Shown piece after piece: positions 25,820 through 33,500 of a stretch of 37,186 bases of DNA. The stretch spans positions 83,854-121,039 of the forward strand of contig JBBAUX010000006.1 in the NCBI GenBank assembly GCA_040398005.1, given 5' to 3'. How positions within the stretch are numbered: the stretch's first letter is position 1; every line of letters begins with the position of its first letter. The position numbers were made by a program, and so were the translations under genes. The DNA is from Opitutales bacterium (GTDB taxonomy: Bacteria; Verrucomicrobiota; Verrucomicrobiia; Opitutales; UBA953). The notes below the pieces were generated by a model, which was not told the DNA's origin, ran no database searches, and was given only the letters and a program-made list of their open reading frames with translations.

Positions 25820-25895
25820 CTTCAGCCTGAGTCATAAAAGTTTTCATGAAACTCTCGACAGACTTAGGTGTTATAGAGATGAATATACCCTCCCC

Positions 25896-26336
25896 ATGAA
25901 ATCCAAATTCCTCCTCCTCTCACTCCTTGCTGCTGCCGGCTTAATCGCTGCAGACGCTCCAGCTGATGCTCCTGCTGGCACTCCTCCACCACCTGCTAAA
26001 GGTGAAAAAGGCGAAAAGCCCGAAAAAGCTGAAGGCAAAAAAGGTGCAATGCCGGAAGTTCCAGGCGTGAGTAAAGAAGAGATGCAAAAGTATCAAGCTG
26101 CCCGTAAAGCCGCTGCTGAAACTCCTGAAGTTAAAGCCGCTAAGGACAGCAAAGATAAAAAAGCTTACTACGAAGCCCTCAATGCTGCGATTATTAAAGC
26201 CGATCCTACCTTAGCCGAAGTTGTCAAAAAAGTGGACGACTTCATGAAGTCTAAGCCCAAAAAGTCGAAAGCTCCTAAGAAGCCTGAAGGTGAAGCACCC
26301 GCTGCTGCTCCTGCTGCCGCAACTGAAACCAAGTAA
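25896..26336 (+). CDS. Exported Lys/Ala-rich helical protein, paralogue 1
   Basis: Sec signal MKSKFLLLSLLAAAGLIA; core VPGVSKEE...TPEVKAA...IIKADPTLAEVVKKV; followed by its own terminator. Confidence 0.85.
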   Translation: MKSKFLLLSLLAAAGLIAADAPADAPAGTPPPPAKGEKGEKPEKAEGKKGAMPEVPGVSKEEMQKYQAARKAAAETPEVKAAKDSKDKKAYYEALNAAIIKADPTLAEVVKKVDDFMKSKPKKSKAPKKPEGEAPAAAPAAATETK

Positions 26337-26361
26337 AATAGCCTAAATTTAGGCTACTATC

Positions 26362-26395
26362 AAAGACCCCCGGTTAATTTCGGGGGTCTTTTTTT
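26362..26395 (+). terminator. Rho-independent terminator
   Basis: AAAGACCCCCG-gttaattt-CGGGGGTCTTT followed by a T run. Confidence 0.9.
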
Positions 26396-26466
26396 GTCAT
26401 TTTCAATCAAATGATTAGAAATTATGGACAAATCGACCGAAATTTATTTTTCTAAATCTCCCTAAT

Positions 26467-26937
26467 ATGAAACTCCCCACCCTCCTCCTCCTCGTTAGTG
26501 CAACTGGACTCTTCGCTGCTGAAGAAGCCAAACCTGCTGCAACCACCACCGCCGCGCCTGCTGTTACTGCACCTGCAGCTCCTGCCGTTGCTCCTAAGGC
26601 ATCCAAAGTTCCTGGCGTCTCCGACGAAGACTATCAAAGATATATGAATACCCGCGTAGGCATCGAGAACAACGATCCCGAGATTAAAGCCCTTAAGGCA
26701 GCTGCAGAAGCCGCCAAGGCCGAAGCAAAGTCTGCTACTCCAGCCGATAAAGCTGGAGCCGACAAAAAATCCAAAGATGCCGATAAAGCATTCTCTGTAG
26801 CACGTGCTGAGGCAGTAATCAAGAAAGTCCCAGAACTCGCTGATGTAGCCAAAAAGATTGGTGATTTCTGGGCTAAGGAAGCGATCGCCAAAAAGAAAAA
26901 GAAAGCAGCCGAAGCCGCAGCACCTGCGACTAAGTAA
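26467..26937 (+). CDS. Exported Lys/Ala-rich helical protein, paralogue 2
   Basis: Sec signal MKLPTLLLLVSATGLFA; core VPGVSDED...DPEIKAL...VIKKVPELADVAKKI; followed by its own terminator. Confidence 0.85.
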   Translation: MKLPTLLLLVSATGLFAAEEAKPAATTTAAPAVTAPAAPAVAPKASKVPGVSDEDYQRYMNTRVGIENNDPEIKALKAAAEAAKAEAKSATPADKAGADKKSKDADKAFSVARAEAVIKKVPELADVAKKIGDFWAKEAIAKKKKKAAEAAAPATK

Positions 26938-26956
26938 TCCAAGAAATCTTCTCATC

Positions 26957-26986
26957 AAAAAGACCCCAGCGATGGGGTCTTTTTTT
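26957..26986 (+). terminator. Rho-independent terminator (potentially bidirectional)
   Basis: AAAAAGACCCCA-gcga-TGGGGTCTTTTTTT. Confidence 0.92.
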
Positions 26987-27027
26987 GGTCTAGTGAAACT
27001 TTAGTTTAGAGAAAGTGTTTAAAGAAT

Positions 27028-27507
27028 ATGAGAACATTACCCGTCCTTTATTTAGCCGGCTCATTATTATTAATACCCTGTTTTGCTGCTAAAGAATCGA
27101 CCCCTAAAGCTGAGGCAACCAGTGCCGAAAAAGGTAGTCAGAACAGAGGTCCTGACTTCACCAAACTAACCGTTACTGGGGTGAGTAAGGATGAGATGAC
27201 GGCCTTTGGTTTGGCCTGGCGGAAGGCCAATCAGAACGAGAATGTCATCGCCGCGAGAGAACGCCTAGCCGAGGCCCGCAAAAGACTCCAGGAGGCGGCT
27301 GGAGCGGAGAAAAAGGAGGCCATAAGTGCGGCGCGATCGGGGACGGATGAGTTGAGAATAGAAATCCGTAAAGCAATTCAATTGGCCGACCCAAAACTCA
27401 AAATTGAATTAATCGAAAAACTCATGGATGCGATGGAAGATCAGATTAAAAATAAAATGCAGGACAAAAAGAATCCAGGCACCGCGGGCGGTGCAAAGAA
27501 TTCCTGA
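27028..27507 (+). CDS. Exported helical protein, paralogue 3
   Basis: Signal peptide ending PCFA; core VTGVSKDE...NENVIAA...AIQLADPKLKIELIEKL. Confidence 0.8.
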   Translation: MRTLPVLYLAGSLLLIPCFAAKESTPKAEATSAEKGSQNRGPDFTKLTVTGVSKDEMTAFGLAWRKANQNENVIAARERLAEARKRLQEAAGAEKKEAISAARSGTDELRIEIRKAIQLADPKLKIELIEKLMDAMEDQIKNKMQDKKNPGTAGGAKNS

Positions 27508-27528
27508 ATTGACCGTTTAACTTTTGAA

Positions 27529-30500
27529 TTAGGCGACGGACGGATTCTTCTTCTGTTTACGACGACGAACGGCAGCAAGCGCCAGAGCGAGTGCACCGAG
27601 GCCGAGACCATAAGTCGAAGGCTCGGGAATCGCTACCACGTAAAGATATTCGCGGTCGGCGGAGGCTGTCATCTTCCAGACTAGGTGATCCGTTTGTAGC
27701 CCGTTGATGAACTCGAACTCCGTGGCATCAATTTCAAACAAGTCAGTGACATTAAGGGCATCGGTCTTACTTAACGCATTCGTTAGCTTAGCAAATTTGA
27801 AGGTCTGGACCGCGGTCTTATCAAAGTTAGAGGCTGCGACAGCTGATGTACTTTTAACATTTACGCGAATGCGCTTAGAAATTGAGGCATCCGTTAGGAG
27901 CAAGCTATTGACGATGAATGTATCGTAGCCGATTCCTGCTTGCCTATAATCGCCAGCAACTGTAGCGCCCGAGGCATCACTTATTTGCCAATTCACGATT
28001 GATCCACCTTTGAGAGTGAGATTACGGACGGTCATTGTACCGATTACATCACCACCTGGAATGAGGATACCACCACTCATAATAGTGGCATCTTGGATAG
28101 ACTGGTCTGGGTTAGCGGTGTCGATAGTGATAATACCGCCAGAATTAACCGTTAGCGTGTTAGTAATAGCCGCCCCCACCACCAACGTGGAACTAGAATT
28201 TACGGTGACATTTCCGGAACCCATTGATCCAACGGCACCCGCTTTAACGATACCACCACTGATGGTGAATCCGCCGCTGAATGAGTTGCTTGTATTTAAA
28301 TTAAGCGTACCCGCACCGGTTTTTGTAACACGAGCGTTACTTGGATTACCCCCGTTAAGTGCACGGGCAAATTCAACCGTGTTACCGGATGGAATATCAA
28401 AGGCCGCATGAGAGGCACTACGTAAATTAACTCGGGCAGACACGTCTTCGGTATTTCCGCTAACCCAACTCAGCGTTGCTGTAGCACCCACCCCAGTAGC
28501 TCCGAGTGTAATCGTAGACTTAGTACCAAGCGCACCCATCGCGAATCCTAGTTCGCCATTTTGAATGTCGATTTCCGTTTGGGCATCTTCGACAAAGCCT
28601 GCGCCTGCGCCGAGCACGATCCACTTATTGGTTTCTTGTTTTACTAATTTTGTGAAAAGATTTTTGACATCGGCTTCACTTATTTTGGTAGGATTATAAA
28701 TATTTTTGATAGCGATATCAGTCGTACCACCGAGTGAGAGTGTGCGATTCGATGCTGAAGCATCGGCAAAGTCCATATCCCCTTGGATAACTAAAGCACC
28801 TGACCCGATGGAAGTAAAACCAGCGCCACCGTTACCCACGGTGAAACCGCGAGTCATCGTTTCTCCTGTACCAGTGTATTGTAATTTTCCACCTTGGAAT
28901 ATAAGGTTCTCAGGAGAGTCCGTCGCGGCACTTAAGGCACTAAGAGTGCTTACACTCACAACGCCGCCGTTGAGGGTAACTGAACCTGTTAGTGAATTAG
29001 TACCACTGATGGTTAAGGTACCCGCACCCGTTTTAACAAGGGAAGCGATATCCGTGCTACTGAGATTACCAGCGAATGTGCCAGAGCCGACGGTTAGAGT
29101 AGGTGTACTACCTGACAGAACAACTGAGCCTGCACCACTCAGACCTTTTACCTCTAAGGCCGTTCCAGACAGATCAGCGGTACCGCCTGTGGCTACGGTA
29201 AGCGATACATTGGCGCCTAAGTTTACCGCAGTTAAATTCGCGCCGTTGTTAATGGTGATAGCGGTTGAGCTACCCGATAAAACATCCGTATAAAGATTAA
29301 GCTTTCCAGCATTAACGGTGGTGGCGCCTGTGTAGGTGTTGGGAGTAGTGCCCGTGAACTCCAAGGTTCCGGCACCATTTTTTGTAATCTGGGTCGCATT
29401 AGCTCCATCATCAATAAATGATCCTGAAATTTTCAGTACGGCACCCGTGCCGACATTGATACGTGAATTTGCGCCCGTGATCATGTCGGTTGCGCTGATG
29501 GTCGCGATAGAATCAGCTTGGGCTATAATATCTTTTATGAAATTAAAACTGTAATTAGATGTGCCCTTGGTGCCTGAGATTGTCGCACCCGAGTTTAATA
29601 AATTAACGTCAGCATTCAGATCCACTTTAACACCGTTGGCGATGAGTTCAGGGCTTCCGCCGATAGCATCAAGATTAAGAGTGATGGTAGTATTAAGGAA
29701 ACCGCCGGCAGGAATTTGATTATCACCGTTACCCAATTCCAATGTGCCGCCGAGAATGCTGACCGTTGGCGCGAGACTGCCAGAAGTTGAACTCAAGGTT
29801 AGTTTACCGCCATTGAGCTTCGTGAAACTAGTGAGACCAGTGACTGAACTATTAAAGACTACGTTGTTTCTATTAGTATCTAACTGAGCGTAACCTGAGG
29901 ATAAATTACTGGAAACATCAAGGGTCACTCCTGAGTCTAATTTTAAGACACCGAGTGTGCCATCAAATCCAATTTTACTGTTAGCAGCCAGGGCAGTGGT
30001 TGACTGTAACTGCAAGATACTATCCTTGATCGTAATCTTTGAGGTGAACGTATTCGTTCCAGCTAGGTAAACTGGGTTAAATTGATCACCCGTATTTACG
30101 GTTATACCATCGGCACCATTCAGTCCGCTGACATTTTGTAGCCTGCCCTTAGTCCAATTAAAGGCGACATTTGCCCCTGCGCCAGATGTACCGATGGCGT
30201 TTCCACCCATGTCGAGCGTGCCACCGTTCAGATTCAAATTAAAGGCCGATGTTCCTGCACCACCCGTGCGGGTGATATTTCCGCCCATCGTCAGAGTTCC
30301 ACCGGACACATTTACATTTGCCGTAGCCGTAGTATTAGCTGCCGCGGAAGCACCCGAGATTGAGGCGATCGAAACTGTGCCAGCCGTAATATTGATGATA
30401 CCCTTTGCATCTGGCGCTCCGCTCACTGAAGAAGCTGCGGTGGCCATGGTCACAGCGCCGACCGTGGATGTGTTAGATCCGAAAAACTCGATTAAGCCTT

Positions 30501-33500
30501 GGACAGTGCCACCCAAGTTGGTTGCACCATGTCGGGCTAAATCAACAGTACCAATATTTACCGTGCCGCCACCGAAGGAAGCGAGGCCGACAATATTTCC
30601 GGCAATGGTTTCAGTATTACCAACCAGACTTTCACTGGCACTGCCGTTAAATGATCTATTAGCTATATTAAGGGTGGTGGCATCAAATATTCCTGTATCA
30701 AAAAGTAAGGAACCAGAGCCGGCTGCTTTACCAAGCGTAATGGCGTTAGTGTTATCGCGCTTACCGATCGTGACGGTGCCAAGATATAAATCTGCGGAGT
30801 GACCCCTAACATCAAATATACCAATCTGGGGATTTGCAGTACTATTATTTGAGTTCTGAACACTCAGCGTGGCTCGGCTCAATCCATCTTTCGCTTTAAC
30901 GGTCAAACTTCCAGTGCCTGAATTAAAATTTATAGTGTTATTAGAACGAGAACTATTTCCGCCTACCGTGATCGTATCAACGTTTAGCGTGCTAATACCG
31001 GAACCTAAACTTAATTTAAATAACTTACCACCTGACTCTAACGCATCCATCAGAATCGTACCGGCAACAATTTTGGTATTTGTAGGTAAAATCACCGTAA
31101 CGCCATTACCAGTACCACCTACACCTCCATTCACATTACTATCCGCACCTATTTTAAAGACACCAGTACCCAAATACATATTCATCTCAGCAAGTGCACT
31201 CATATCCCAATTCACATAGTTTACCCTATCAGTCGTTACAGAGGCACCGACGTTAACATTTGAATTCGTTGGTAAGAGCAAAGTTCCGATATTCAGCGCC
31301 CCATTACCACTCATCGTTAAATTTGTAGTGGGATTAGAACCATTATTGACACCCACAGTTACCAGACCACTTACATTGAGTGACTTACCCGTACCAATGA
31401 TAATATTGTTAGTAGGCAACGTCGCACCCGTGGTGCCTAAATCCGTTTGGACGCGTAATGAACCTACGTTGATAGATGCATTCGTTAAATCGAGCGTGGA
31501 GTGAGTGGATGATCCCGCTGTCGCACCAAATTTCAATTCACCCGCAAGATTAATTTGATTATCAGTTGTGACAAACAAACTACCCGAAGTACCAATGGTT
31601 AATTTACCTGTACCCGTGCCCGTGATAGTATTGCTTAAGGTGGTGTCGCCTAGGCGTGAAAGAATTAACTCCGCACCTGTCGCAATCGTCACCGCACCTG
31701 CACCTAATGAACCGGTGCTTGTTCCATTGCCGACAATAAGCGTACCGCTCGAAATCGTGGTAATACCTTGATAGGAATTATCTTTCGTTAGATAAAGTTT
31801 TTTACCCAAACCAATATCAGAAATCAAAAGACCAGTTCCACTAATCGGAGCGGCAATAGTATAATCCGCGTGAGCACCAATCGAGAGAGTGCCGTTGTTA
31901 GTGATCGCGGAAATAGAGCTAAATGAACCGGTGGAGGTGAGCGCATAGCTTGCACCTGTGCCGATCGTGAGGGAGCCGGACAATGAATTATTGCCAGTTT
32001 GCGAAACACTTCCTGCGGAAATAATAAAATTACCTGTACCCGAAATGGTACCTAAACTGTAAGCTGAAGATTTAGCATACTCAAAAGTACCATTATCGAC
32101 AATGGTTGCAGATGCCGAAAGACTTCCCGTTGAACCGATGGTTAAAGTTGTACCAGAATAAATAGTAGCAGTGCCCGTGAACGTATTATTACCAAGTAAT
32201 TCAAGTTCTCCGTAATTTAAATTAAGCGCACCCGAACCAGAAAATACAGCGGAAGTAGACAGTTTGCCGGTTCGGTTAAGATTTAATATTGCCGACGCGT
32301 CGATGGAGATATCTCCACCGACCTTTCCAGTTGAACCGCCATTACCCAACTGCAACGTGCCATTCGTCACCGAAGTCTGACCTGTTAAAGTATTATCGCT
32401 AGTTAAAATTAAGGAGCCGCTTCCCGTCTTAGTTAAGTTCAGTGCATTGATGGCGCCATTTTGCATGACTCCATCAAAGGTATTAGTACCAGATGCGATA
32501 TTTAAGGTGAGCGTAGAGTTCGTACTCGAACTACCATTCTCAATAATCGGCGTTCCAGGATTTCCGCTATTATTTGCAAGGCCAGTGAGAGTCGCATTAT
32601 TGCCTTTCAGACTTAATTTTCCGCTAGCTCCCGAACCGAAGGTAAGACTATTGGTTGTATTCAAAGCGCCTGAAGCACCTAATTCCAAATTAGCGGCACC
32701 ATTTAAATTAATGTTACCACTGAAACTGTTGCTACCATTGTTCAAGGCAATCGTTCCATTATTCACGGTAAGACCACCCGTAATGTTAAGGGGGGCATTT
32801 ATCTCTAGTCTGCTCGTACCATTTTTAATTAAACTCGTAGAACCTCCGATACCGAATGTGGTAGCGACCGCAGAATTAACTATGTAATCATTAGCTGAGT
32901 TATCAAAAGTGAGACCATTAGGAGTAACCGCTTCAGCAATCGAAACTGTGAAATTGGTGGCCGTGTCATTAAACGTAACGACATCGCCTGCTAAATAATC
33001 AACAGGATCGCCTGAACTATTGAGCTTCCAATTAATATTGCCTGCTGTCGATGTCCAGGTGGAGGACTGCGACCCACTCCACTTCAAAGTATCACCCGTC
33101 GTCTTTAATGTTAGTAAACTATTATCAGTATCGTTAAACAGAGATACAAATTGGCGATTATAAGTACCCGTCACCGTGCCCAGTTTAAAAGCAGTAATAT
33201 CACTCAACGAAGCATACTGTAATAACGTAAAAGTACTATTATCAGCAAGCTGTGTAGCGTTAATAATGTTTATCGTAACTGAACCCACTCCACCCGACGT
33301 AGAAATATTACCGGCCTTAAGTATCGAGGCAGCGGTATCCGTATTGATGTTAGCCAGATTGATAAAGCCCACATCCGAAAATGTAAGAGCAGAGACGGTC
33401 AACGCACCGCGCGAAGCATCGGCGAGTGCGGTGTCACCTGCGGTGATAATACCGTTAGCAGAGACGGTTATGGGTGCGGTGATAGTGCCCTTCCCGGTTA

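Noticed and set aside
25807..25824. AGGGGGT-TAGC-ACCTTCA as another copy of the regulator palindrome
   Set aside because: Only the GGT-N4-ACC core pairs, and it coincides with the amidohydrolase -35 element.
26415..26958. Three minus-strand ORFs over paralogue 2
   Set aside because: Antisense shadows of low-complexity Ala/Lys codons; the plus-strand gene has a signal peptide, paralogues and a terminator.
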